A stretch of DNA of 19,819 nucleotides from a virus (taxonomy: Duplodnaviria > Heunggongvirae > Uroviricota > Caudoviricetes): positions 1 through 19,819 of the IMG/VR virus record IMGVR_UViG_2675903413_000006, one strand, 5' to 3'. Below are positions 7,997 through 16,557 of this stretch, in pieces (the stretch's first letter is position 1; every line of letters begins with the position of its first letter). The notes under the pieces are model-generated. The model searched no databases, had not been told where the DNA came from, and worked only from the letters and a program-made list of their open reading frames with translations. Made by a program: the position numbers and the translations under genes.

Positions 7997-8812
7997 ATGA
8001 ATCAGTTGCTTGTAATTGATGGCGTTTCTGTGCGCCAGTACTTCGAATCTAACTACTGTCTTAACGACCTTCAGAAAGCAGCTCTTCTTGCCGCTGGTGA
8101 GAATCGCTCCTCCCGTTCGCTGGAAGTTCACGAGTTTATGCGTCGTCCTGAAACGAAGGCTCTTGTGGAATTATTGGAAGAAGAAACTACGGGAGATTCC
8201 CGTAGTATTCCTGTCATCACCATTCAGGGGCGCAATGGTGGGACGTATGTCTGTAAAGAGCTGGTCTATGCATATGCAATGTGGATCAGCCCGGCATTCA
8301 GCTTAAAAGTGATACGTACTTTTGATGCGCTTCATAATTCATCACCAGAAGAAACCACATCCGACAAAATTAAATCCGGGGTCATTCTGCTTGAATCAGC
8401 AGCAAAGACTCTAAATCTGTCAAACTCCTCGAAACTTGGTGCATACCAGAAATTATCAAAGGTAGCTGGTCTTCCTGAACTTATGCCGATCTATGCCATT
8501 GATGCACCTGCTGATGCGCCAGATGGTTCAAGCCGCCCTACGCTGTCGCTGAGTGCACTGCTGAAACAGTATGGTATCCGCCTTACGGCTAATCAGGCAT
8601 ATCACCAGATGGTGAAGCTGGGGATCGTCGAGCAGCGCGAACGATACAGCCGTACCTCGATTAACAACATCAAAAAATTCTGGTCGCTGACAGCGAAAGG
8701 CTGCATGTTCGGCAAGAACATCACCAGTCCTGCAAATCCGCGCGAGACGCAGCCGCACTTCTTCGAATCCCGATTCCCTGAGCTGTTAAAGCTGCTCAAT
8801 ACCGTTCATTGA
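7997..8812 (+). CDS. KilA-N domain protein, putative SOS-controlled antirepressor
   Basis: N-terminal KilA-N-like segment (GTYVCKELVYAYAMWISPAFSLKVIR); GGAG RBS; LexA box in its promoter region. Confidence 0.7.
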   Translation: MNQLLVIDGVSVRQYFESNYCLNDLQKAALLAAGENRSSRSLEVHEFMRRPETKALVELLEEETTGDSRSIPVITIQGRNGGTYVCKELVYAYAMWISPAFSLKVIRTFDALHNSSPEETTSDKIKSGVILLESAAKTLNLSNSSKLGAYQKLSKVAGLPELMPIYAIDAPADAPDGSSRPTLSLSALLKQYGIRLTANQAYHQMVKLGIVEQRERYSRTSINNIKKFWSLTAKGCMFGKNITSPANPRETQPHFFESRFPELLKLLNTVH

Positions 8813-8813
8813 G

Positions 8814-9809
8814 GTGACCGTGAGAGCACTACTGACCCCTGAAATTGCCCCGCGTATGGGGATCGTATTGTTCAGACCAGGTTCAGAGCTGATGCCCCTG
8901 TTTATGCAGGGGCGTGTCCTGCTGGAGCCTGAGCCGGAACGTTATTCATCTTTCGCCAGTGGTGCCGTTCCGGCGGCATCACAACCGCTGGCGGATGATC
9001 CTGCCGTTCGGGCCGTGTTCCGCAATGAGGCAGTAATCCGTCGTGCTGGTGGAGTGGAATGTCTTGAAAGCTGGTTACTTCGTGAAAAAGGCTGCCAGTG
9101 GCCCCATTCTGACTGGCACAGCGAGAACATGACCACAATGCGACACGCGCCGGGCGCAATCCGTCTGTGCTGGCACTGCGATAACCAGCTGCGCGATCAG
9201 TTCACGGAACGGCTGGAATCAATGGCAACGGATAACTGTGCCCGCTGGGTGTTATCTGTTGTGCGCCGTGATCTCGGTTTTGATGATAGTCACGTTGTAA
9301 CAATGCCGGAACTGTGCTGGTGGCTGGTTCGTAATGACCTGGCTGATGCCTTACCGGAAAGTGCAGCCCGTAAGGCACTGAGATTACCTAAGCCTGTTGT
9401 GCCGTCTGTCACCCGGGAGAGTGACCTTGTTCCTTCGGTTCCTGCCACCAGCATTATCCAGGATAAAGCGAAAAAGGTGCTGGCGCTGAAAGTGGATCCA
9501 GAGTCGCCGGAGTCTTTTATGTTACGCCCAAAACGTCGCCGCTGGGTTAATGAAAAGTACACGCGCTGGGTTAAGACGCAGCCGTGTGCATGTTGTGGAA
9601 AGCCTGCTGATGATCCCCACCACCTGATAGGCCACGGTCAGGGTGGAATGGGTACAAAAGCGCATGATCTCTTTGTGTTGCCTTTGTGCAGAAAGCATCA
9701 CGACGAGCTGCATGCGGATACCGTGGCATTTGAAGAGAAGTATGGCTCCCAGCTGGAGCTGATATTTCGTTTTATCGATCGTGCGCTGGCAATTGGCGTG
9801 CTGGCCTGA
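8814..9809 (+). CDS. DUF968-family phage protein (YdfU-like) with a Cys/His-rich C-terminus
   Basis: GTG start; C-terminal CACCGKPADDPHHL...CRKHHDELH; position immediately upstream of Q as in Qin-type prophages. Confidence 0.65.
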   Translation: MTVRALLTPEIAPRMGIVLFRPGSELMPLFMQGRVLLEPEPERYSSFASGAVPAASQPLADDPAVRAVFRNEAVIRRAGGVECLESWLLREKGCQWPHSDWHSENMTTMRHAPGAIRLCWHCDNQLRDQFTERLESMATDNCARWVLSVVRRDLGFDDSHVVTMPELCWWLVRNDLADALPESAARKALRLPKPVVPSVTRESDLVPSVPATSIIQDKAKKVLALKVDPESPESFMLRPKRRRWVNEKYTRWVKTQPCACCGKPADDPHHLIGHGQGGMGTKAHDLFVLPLCRKHHDELHADTVAFEEKYGSQLELIFRFIDRALAIGVLA

Positions 9810-9826
9810 TTTTGTGGAGAAGGTTG

Positions 9827-10177
9827 ATGCGTGATATGTATGAAGTATTGGACCGCTGGGGAGCATGGGCTGCAGCAGATAACAGTGGTGTGGACTGGCA
9901 GCCTGTTGCTGCAGGGTTTAAAGGTTTACTACCTCATGGAAAGAAAACACGCCAACAATGCGATGATGATGAAGGAATCATGATTGACAGCTGTGTTGCG
10001 CGATTGCGGAAATATAAGCCAGAAGAATATGAACTGATCATTGCTCACTTTGTTATCGGTATTTCACTCCGTTCAATAGCAAAGAAACGGAAATGCTCTG
10101 ACGGGTCAATCAGAAAACAACTTCAAGCAGCAATAGGAGTGATTGAAGGTATTTTGTTGATTATTAAGCCCCTGTAG
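9827..10177 (+). CDS. Late-gene antitermination protein Q (QuuD-like small Q family)
   Basis: MRDMYEVLDRWGAWAA...AAGFKGL...CDDD...CSDGSIRKQLQAAIGVIEGIL matches the QuuD/YbcQ-like pattern; RBS GGAGAAGG. Confidence 0.8.
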   Translation: MRDMYEVLDRWGAWAAADNSGVDWQPVAAGFKGLLPHGKKTRQQCDDDEGIMIDSCVARLRKYKPEEYELIIAHFVIGISLRSIAKKRKCSDGSIRKQLQAAIGVIEGILLIIKPL

Positions 10178-10180
10178 GGC

Positions 10181-10765
10181 TTAATAATTCATATGAATTC
10201 TGTTTCCGAGATAATATAATCCAAAGAAAGTTGATACTAAGAGTTGCCAAACGAGGAAAGTAAATACAACAGTATAAACCATTAAAACAATACTGTTTTG
10301 ATAGACATTGATTAATGGTGAAAATATAGCATTAAGTATTATTATAACAATGCTTAATGCTGTTAAAAAAGAGAATAGCATGCAAAGAAATAATCGTCTG
10401 GTCAGAACCTCCTCTGAATTTACTACTTTTCCATTTTCTTTTGTTACTTTTATTTCAATAGAGGCATTTCTTTCATTGCTAATCAATGGTAAATCAATCT
10501 CAGCTCTATTGAAAGTTGCTATGGCGGCCAGAGCGGCAATATAAAACCCTGGTAGGTTAGAGATAAATGAAACGATTGATTTAATGAAACCATTGTCATC
10601 AAATAAATCTTTGACAGGGATTTTTAATAGAGTGAAAAGTACTGCTGTGATAGAAGTAAGTAGAATTGGTGCTACCCAATCATATGCAGCTTTGCCGCTA
10701 ATACCTTTAATAAAAAGATATCCAAACGGCTTGCCTAGATGAGAGAAAACTGAAAGTATTGGCAT
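10181..10765 (-). CDS. Hypothetical integral membrane protein (194 aa, about four predicted TM helices); second gene of the AT-rich cargo operon
   Basis: Four hydrophobic segments with a ~40-aa hydrophilic loop between the second and third; GAGG RBS 6 nt upstream of the ATG; 7-nt intergenic gap to the upstream gene; AT-rich. Confidence 0.6.
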   Translation of the reverse strand: MPILSVFSHLGKPFGYLFIKGISGKAAYDWVAPILLTSITAVLFTLLKIPVKDLFDDNGFIKSIVSFISNLPGFYIAALAAIATFNRAEIDLPLISNERNASIEIKVTKENGKVVNSEEVLTRRLFLCMLFSFLTALSIVIIILNAIFSPLINVYQNSIVLMVYTVVFTFLVWQLLVSTFFGLYYLGNRIHMNY

Positions 10766-10772
10766 AATAACC

Positions 10773-11795
10773 TCACATCAAATCTATCATTTTCACAACA
10801 AACTCTAGTTCAATTTTAACATATGAATCCTTCAGGCGCGAATTAAAGTTATCGATAATGCTTTTCTTAATAAATGTTTTTTCTAAATTATTAAGATTGA
10901 TGTTTGAGGTTTTGAAATCAACCTGCCTTGGTTTATTTGTTTCAGGATCTTGGAATTTAACCTTTAATTTATCATAACCACCATTCATTTTTTTATTGAA
11001 ATGAGATGCTACATTTTTAATCCATCCAATAACATTGTCACCATGATTTGGAAGTAATTTTAATGTACTTTCAGTCGGAATGTAAGGTGAATTAACATCA
11101 GGAGCATTAATTGTTCCGAATTGATCCTTGACTAATATGACATCTGATAATCCTTTTTGGCTTATTTTATTAAAAAGCTCCTTGTCTAACATTCCTGTAA
11201 ATTCAAATATTGGTTTGTATCGTATTTTTACTTCTTTTTTTGATGTTGCAGAAATAACGTTAGTTGGATGTTTTGCGGTAAATAAGTCTTCATTGTCTTT
11301 CGCCACTTCAAAGAGAATTTTGTCTAAAAAACTATTTAACCGGGCCGTAGATACACCTGGGGTAGATGTACAAATCATATCATAGGTTCTTTTATTTCCA
11401 TTTAATGATATGACAACATAGGTAGAAACTTCATAGCCTTCACCTTGTTCATATTTTGGTTGGATTTCAACGCGTTCATTAGTATTTATATTTTTTACAA
11501 CGGTAGTACTTCCATTTTTATCAACACTATTAATAAGAAGGACAATATGCGTGGGTGAGTTATCTGGAAGTAAAGGATAAAGTTGTACATCTTGGAGAGT
11601 AACTACAATATTCCCAGAATCATATGAATGAACGAGTCCCTTTTGTTTAACAATCAATGGGGCAAGCATGTACATTTCCGGAACAGGACATATACACTGG
11701 GCTTTTACCTCTTGTGTTGCCTTGGTTCTAAACTTTGTGTCAATGGTCAGACTATGATGAGTAACGAGTCTTTCGCTAGCATTTAATTTTGCCAT
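10773..11795 (-). CDS. Hypothetical soluble protein (340 aa); first gene of the AT-rich cargo operon
   Basis: Long AT-rich ORF antisense to the phage late genes; no catalytic motif recognised (no CD-NTase GS...DxD, no YADD, no Walker A, no TIR/SIR2 signature seen). Confidence 0.6.
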   Translation of the reverse strand: MAKLNASERLVTHHSLTIDTKFRTKATQEVKAQCICPVPEMYMLAPLIVKQKGLVHSYDSGNIVVTLQDVQLYPLLPDNSPTHIVLLINSVDKNGSTTVVKNINTNERVEIQPKYEQGEGYEVSTYVVISLNGNKRTYDMICTSTPGVSTARLNSFLDKILFEVAKDNEDLFTAKHPTNVISATSKKEVKIRYKPIFEFTGMLDKELFNKISQKGLSDVILVKDQFGTINAPDVNSPYIPTESTLKLLPNHGDNVIGWIKNVASHFNKKMNGGYDKLKVKFQDPETNKPRQVDFKTSNINLNNLEKTFIKKSIIDNFNSRLKDSYVKIELEFVVKMIDLM

Positions 11796-11906
11796 GAAAT
11801 CATCCGATTATGATTTTTCGATTTATTTGTTAATCTTACAAAAACGCTAACGCGTACGCAAAAATTATTGTATCGTGTTAAGAGTGGTTACTTCGCCACA
11901 CAGCTT

Positions 11907-11935
11907 AAACCCGCCGTCGAGCGGGTTTTGTCGTT
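11907..11935 (+). terminator. tR'-like intrinsic terminator (hairpin AAACCCGC...GCGGGTTT then a T-rich tract) upstream of the lysis cassette
   Basis: GC-rich stem followed by TTTTGTCGTTT, about 150 bp upstream of the holin gene; fits the lambdoid pR'-tR' arrangement. Confidence 0.6.
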
Positions 11936-12080
11936 TCTGGGGCTGGGGATTCGTTGGTCCTGGTCTATTCCGCAGTTATCCATTGGTTCGGCTTCTTTGA
12001 CGTTTCCGCTTCTAATTTGCTGTACATGATGTTCCCTCAATTTGCACCTGCTGTATCAGCGAGGTGAGAGATAACTACAA

Positions 12081-12407
12081 ATGCCTCATAACCCAAATAC
12101 CTGGCTGGAGTTGGTCCAGAGCTGGTGGCGTGGAGACACACCGCTGGGCGCAGTGATTATGTCGATTGTTATGGCTGGTTTACGTATTGCCTATTTTGGC
12201 GGTGGTGGCGGCTGGAAGCGAAAAACACTCGAAATTCTACTCTGTGGCGCTCTGACGCTGACTTTTGCATCCGCTCTTGAGTATGTCGGATGGCCTAAAT
12301 CGCTTTCTGTTGCCATTGGTGGTGGGGTGGGGCTGATCGGTGTCGATGCTATTCGTGGGGCTGCAATGAGAGTAATCGGTAATAAGTTTGGTGGCTCTAA
12401 GGAGTAA
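12081..12407 (+). CDS. Holin (lambda S-like)
   Basis: 108 aa with hydrophobic helices and a charged C-terminus, immediately upstream of the endolysin. Confidence 0.8.
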   Translation: MPHNPNTWLELVQSWWRGDTPLGAVIMSIVMAGLRIAYFGGGGGWKRKTLEILLCGALTLTFASALEYVGWPKSLSVAIGGGVGLIGVDAIRGAAMRVIGNKFGGSKE

Positions 12408-12410
12408 TTT

Positions 12411-12887
12411 ATGCAGGTACTAAATTCCCAGCGTAAAGCTTTCCTCGATATGGTGGCATGGTCAGAAGGAACGGATAACGGGCGACAACCGACACGTAAC
12501 CACGGTTATGATATTATTGTTGGTGGTGAACTATTCACTGATTACTCCGATCACCCTCGCAAACTTGTCACGCTAAACCCCAAACTCAAATCAACAGCTG
12601 CAGGCCGTTATCAACTTCTTTCACGCTGGTGGGATGCTTACCGCAAGCAGCTTGGGCTGAAAGACTTCTCTCCAAAAAGCCAGGATGCTGTGGCATTGCA
12701 GCAGATTAAAGAGCGTGGCGCTTTACCGATGATTGATCGCGGCGATATTCGTCAGGCTATCGATCGTTGCAGCAATATCTGGGCTTCACTGCCGGGCGCT
12801 GGTTACGGTCAATATGAACATAAAATCGGTGACCTGATTGCCCGATTCAAAGAGGCTGGCGGGGTGGTAAATGAAGTTGAGCTATAA
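12411..12887 (+). CDS. Endolysin, lambda R-type lytic transglycosylase
   Basis: Near-identical by recall to lambda R across the protein (QRKAFLDMVAWSEGTDNGRQPTRNHGYDIIVGGELFTDYSDHPRKLVTLNPKLKST...). Confidence 0.9.
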   Translation: MQVLNSQRKAFLDMVAWSEGTDNGRQPTRNHGYDIIVGGELFTDYSDHPRKLVTLNPKLKSTAAGRYQLLSRWWDAYRKQLGLKDFSPKSQDAVALQQIKERGALPMIDRGDIRQAIDRCSNIWASLPGAGYGQYEHKIGDLIARFKEAGGVVNEVEL

Positions 12888-13305
12888 GCTGGTTATCGCA
12901 GCATTCTTCTCTACTGTCATCGGTTCTTTCATCTGGTCTGCTAACCACTACTACAGCAAATATCAGCACGAAAAGAAACGTGCTGATGAGGCTGTACAAA
13001 ATGCTGAATCCGCAACCGCTATTACCAATAATGTCCTGCAATCACTGCAAATCGTCAATACAGTTCTGGAGGCTAACCAGCATGCAAAACAGCAGATCGC
13101 ACTGGAGTCACAGAGAACCCAGGCTGATATCAAAGTGGCTGTTGCGGATGATGATTGTGCTTTACGCCTTGTGCCTGCTGCCGCTGCTGACCGGTTGCGG
13201 AAATACGCGGACAGTTTACGTAACAGTACCTCCAATTCCGCTTCCAGCTACTCTGACTTTGGAAACGCCAGTACCGCACATACCCGATACTCTGACCTAT
13301 GGTGA
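12871..13305 (+). CDS. Rz-like i-spanin
   Basis: N-terminal TM segment followed by a coiled, charged region; start overlaps the R stop. Confidence 0.7.
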   Translation: MKLSYKLVIAAFFSTVIGSFIWSANHYYSKYQHEKKRADEAVQNAESATAITNNVLQSLQIVNTVLEANQHAKQQIALESQRTQADIKVAVADDDCALRLVPAAAADRLRKYADSLRNSTSNSASSYSDFGNASTAHTRYSDLW

Positions 13306-13396
13306 CAGTCTGGAGTTGAATGTGAGTCTGTTGTCAGCGTTGGAACAGTGTAATCTTGATAAAGCGACAATAAAAAATATCGACGCTAACAAATAA
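13148..13396 (+). CDS. Rz1-like o-spanin lipoprotein, embedded in the +1 frame of Rz
   Basis: MMIVLYALCLLPLLTGC signal with lipobox LTGC, then a Pro-rich segment; lies within and extends beyond Rz. Confidence 0.65.
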   Translation: MMIVLYALCLLPLLTGCGNTRTVYVTVPPIPLPATLTLETPVPHIPDTLTYGDSLELNVSLLSALEQCNLDKATIKNIDANK

Positions 13397-13461
13397 AAGG
13401 ACCTGTAATTTCATAGAGATGATTCCATGTTAATATTGCTTCTTTAACTGGAGGCATATTG

Positions 13462-13947
13462 ATGGATTGGAATATGTGGTCTGCTATTGGGGCTTGTGGT
13501 TCGGCTATCGCGTCTTTATGGGCGTTGTGTTATGCACGCAAGGCGTTAAACACATGGAATAGACAAGAGCAATTTAAAGTAAAGTTAGAGTTTAAACGAG
13601 CTTTACTTGAGCTGGAGGATGCCTTTGAGGCAATGCCCGATAATTGGAATTCCACACAATACAGAATAGCTAGAACAAGAGTTGAACAGCAGTATAATGC
13701 TGTTGTTCACCGAGTTGATGATGCAGCACAGCTATATTTTAAGAAAGAAAACCTTAAATCAGCATACCAGAATGCAGTGAGAGCATGGGTTTTATGTGAA
13801 GGGGGGATTAAAGATAAAAGTATACATGCTGAATGGAAACAACTCAGGACTGAATATAGTCAATATATTATGACTGGTGGAAATAAAAAGTGCTACTTAT
13901 CAAAAATAGAAAAAATATATTCTAGAATTGTCGTGTTCATAGATTGA
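13462..13947 (+). CDS. Hypothetical AT-rich moron protein (161 aa) with an N-terminal hydrophobic helix
   Basis: GGAGG RBS 7 nt upstream; AT-rich; followed by a perfect palindrome ATGAGAGAG-acaagta-CTCTCTCAT (13955-13979). Confidence 0.5.
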   Translation: MDWNMWSAIGACGSAIASLWALCYARKALNTWNRQEQFKVKLEFKRALLELEDAFEAMPDNWNSTQYRIARTRVEQQYNAVVHRVDDAAQLYFKKENLKSAYQNAVRAWVLCEGGIKDKSIHAEWKQLRTEYSQYIMTGGNKKCYLSKIEKIYSRIVVFID

Positions 13948-13993
13948 TTTTTATATGAGAGAGACAAGTACTCTCTCATTATGGATATTTTAC

Positions 13994-14344
13994 ATGCCAC
14001 CACGAACCCCAAAAGCCTGCCGCGTTCGCGGCTGCCGCAATACCACTACTGATCCGTCAGGCTATTGCGAAAACCACAAAAGCGAGGGCTGGAAGCAATA
14101 CAAGCCAGGACAATCCCGTCATCAGCGCGGTTATGGTTCGAAATGGGATGCTATCCGTGAACGTGTGCTGAAGCGTGACAAAGGCCTGTGTCAGTTATGT
14201 CTGCGTGCTGGTGTGGTGCGTGAGGCGAAAACCGTTGACCACATCATCCCTAAAGCGCATGGCGGCACAGATGCCGACAGTAATCTGCAGAGCCTGTGCT
14301 GGCCGTGTCATAAGGCGAAGACGGCCCGTGAACGGCTGAAGTGA
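13994..14344 (+). CDS. HNH endonuclease (terminase-associated)
   Basis: CxxC...HK...CxxCH arrangement with DHIIPKAHGG...NLQSLCWPCHKAKT; located immediately upstream of terS. Confidence 0.8.
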   Translation: MPPRTPKACRVRGCRNTTTDPSGYCENHKSEGWKQYKPGQSRHQRGYGSKWDAIRERVLKRDKGLCQLCLRAGVVREAKTVDHIIPKAHGGTDADSNLQSLCWPCHKAKTARERLK

Positions 14345-14469
14345 GAACCAGTTCCCACTGCCAGAGGGGAGGGGCGGGTCAAATCCCTGTGACCTGACGT
14401 CTTCCGGACTGCCCGCCCCATCGTTTTTTTATACCCGCGAAAAATGAAATTTAACCAGGAGTGCCGCAT

Positions 14470-14964
14470 ATGGCTGGAACGGCGGGGCGTTCCGGGCGTC
14501 GCCCCAAGCCAACGGCGCGCAAGGCGCTGGCCGGAAACCCCGGCAAGCGAGCCCTGAATAAAGATGAACCTGTTTTTACGCCCATCAAAGGTGTTGAGCC
14601 ACCGGAGTGGTTCGCAGAAGAAAATCTCCCTCTCGCCACGATCATGTGGCAACTGACAACCAAAGAACTCTGCGGTCAGGGCCTGTTGTGCGTGACTGAC
14701 CTCGCGGTGCTTGAGCGGTGGTGCGTGGCCTATGAGTTCTGGCGACGTGCCGTGAAAAATATTGCCATACAGGGCAACACCATCACCGGTGCAATGGGCG
14801 GCAGGGTCAAAAATCCGGAGCTGACCGCCAAAAAAGAACAGGAGTCCGAGATGAGCAGCACGGGGGCAATGCTCGGACTCGACCCCAGCAGCCGCCAGCG
14901 TCTGATTGGCCTGGCGGGGAAGAAGAAAGCCACTAACCCGTTTCTGAAAATCATCGAATCATGA
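14470..14964 (+). CDS. Terminase small subunit, P27 family
   Basis: [14 protein letters not shown]... N-terminus and size typical of P27-family TerS; AGGAG RBS; ATGA coupling to terL. Confidence 0.75.
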   Translation: MAGTAGRSGRRPKPTARKALAGNPGKRALNKDEPVFTPIKGVEPPEWFAEENLPLATIMWQLTTKELCGQGLLCVTDLAVLERWCVAYEFWRRAVKNIAIQGNTITGAMGGRVKNPELTAKKEQESEMSSTGAMLGLDPSSRQRLIGLAGKKKATNPFLKIIES

Positions 14965-15767
14965 GCCGGAAATCTTACCCCAACGTAAATGCTGCAAATC
15001 AGTATGCCCGGGATGTCGTGCGCGGAAAGATTGTTGCCTGCCAGTTTGTGATTCAGGCCTGCCAGCGCCATCTTGATGACCTGATGGCGGAAAAAAGTAA
15101 GTCGTTTCGTTACCGCTTCGACAAGGACCTGGCTGAACGGGCCGCGAAATTTATTCAGCTGTTGCCGCACACCAAGGGGGAGTGGGCATTCAAACGGATG
15201 CCCATCACGCTGGAGCCGTGGCAGCTATTTGTGATCTGCTGTGCGTTTGGCTGGGTCAATAAAGGCACCCGGTTGCGCCGCTTCCGGGAGGTGTACACCG
15301 AAATCCCCCGTAAGAACGGCAAATCAGCAATCTCTGCCGGTGTTGCCCTGTATTGTTTTGCCTGTGATAACGAGTTTGGCGCGGAAGTGTATTCCGGTGC
15401 CACGACAGAGAAACAGGCGTGGGAAGTCTTTCGCCCGGCGCGACTGATGTGTAAACGCACACCCATGCTGACGGAAGCGTTCGGGATTGAGGTTAACGCC
15501 TCAAACATGAACCGTCCGGAGGATGGCGCGCGGTTTGAACCGCTGATCGGCAACCCAGGTGATGGTTCATCACCCCACTGTGCCGTGGTGGATGAATATC
15601 ACGAGCACGCCACCGATGCGCTTTACACCACGATGCTTACCGGGATGGGGGCGCGACGTCAGCCACTGATGTGGGCCATCACCACCGCCGGGTACAACAT
15701 TGAGGGACCGTGCTACGACAAGCGGCGGGAAGTTCTCGAGATGCTCAACGGTTCGGTATGTTTCTGA
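14961..15767 (+). pseudogene. Terminase large subunit, N-terminal ATPase fragment (about 265 aa)
   Basis: Walker A-like PRKNGKS and Walker B-like AVVDEYHE are present; the ORF stops after ~268 codons where full-length TerL is about 550 aa, and the following DNA encodes a tail protein. Confidence 0.8.
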
Positions 15768-15768
15768 T

Positions 15769-16557
15769 GCGATGAAAGTGGTGGATTCTGCCGTATCGGA
15801 TGCCGCCAGGCTGTTGCAGGGGGATATCTCGGTACTTCTGCCGCCGCCATCGTCAGGCAAAAATTTCGTTGAGCAGGTGCAGAAAATGTGGCGTACCGGG
15901 AAACGCCTTTATGGTAACGCCAGCGACCTGGTCACCATGATCAAAACGCTTTCCGGTGTCAGCCTCGGCAGCGATCTGCAACCGCGCGGCGTCTGGAAAA
16001 CGGACAGTAAAACCACCGCCACGGCTACGCAGCAGCGTAACGTAGTTGCCAGCACCCTTCGTACGACCGCAATCAGCGAAGCGGCGTATGCCGTCACCCG
16101 ATTGCCTGCGCCAACAACTTCCGCGGTGATGCAGAATGCCGCAGTGGGGCAGGCAACAACACCTGCGCAGAGCACTGGCTGGCCTTCCGTCACGCATCCG
16201 GCACTGAACAATGCACCGGCGGTGAAAAACACGGTTGACCTGCCGACGTGGGAAGAACTGACTGACATTCGCGACACACTGAATACGGCAATTGATAAGG
16301 AGTTGTCCCGTACAACCAGTGATGCGCTGTTTCTGGCGCTGCGCCGGGTGAAAGCAGATCTGAATGCGGATATCAACACGCGCCTTGAACAGTCTGCACG
16401 GATCATTCAGCGCACACCGGATGAGGTTTTACCCGCGCTGGTGCTGGCGGCGACCTGGTTTGATAACGCGGCGCGTGACGCGGACATTATCCGGCGTAAT
16501 GCCATTACGCATCCCGGCTTTGTGCCGGTGATCCCTCTGAAGGTGCCAGTGCAATGA
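15769..16557 (+). pseudogene. C-terminal fragment of a Mu gpN-like DNA circulation/tail protein, fused at a deletion junction to truncated terL
   Basis: ORF directly upstream of, and overlapping by ATGA with, the gpP-like gene, which is the gpN position in Mu-like tail modules. The identification is by position more than by sequence. Confidence 0.5.

Noticed and set aside
10773-11795. Assignment of the 340-aa cargo protein to CD-NTase (CBASS), reverse transcriptase (retron) or Kiwa KwaB
   Set aside because: No GS...DxD nucleotidyltransferase motif and no YxDD RT motif were found, and the gene order (soluble first, membrane second) is opposite to canonical Kiwa; it is left unassigned.
13955-13993. 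Upstream extension of the HNH ORF starting at 13955
   Set aside because: The extension lies inside the palindromic hairpin that follows the moron; the ATG at 13994 (MPPRTPKACR...) is the plausible start.
15853-16406. Minus-strand ORFs antisense to the gpN-like fragment
   Set aside because: Antisense to a tail-module gene in a GC-rich region; no RBS or motif.
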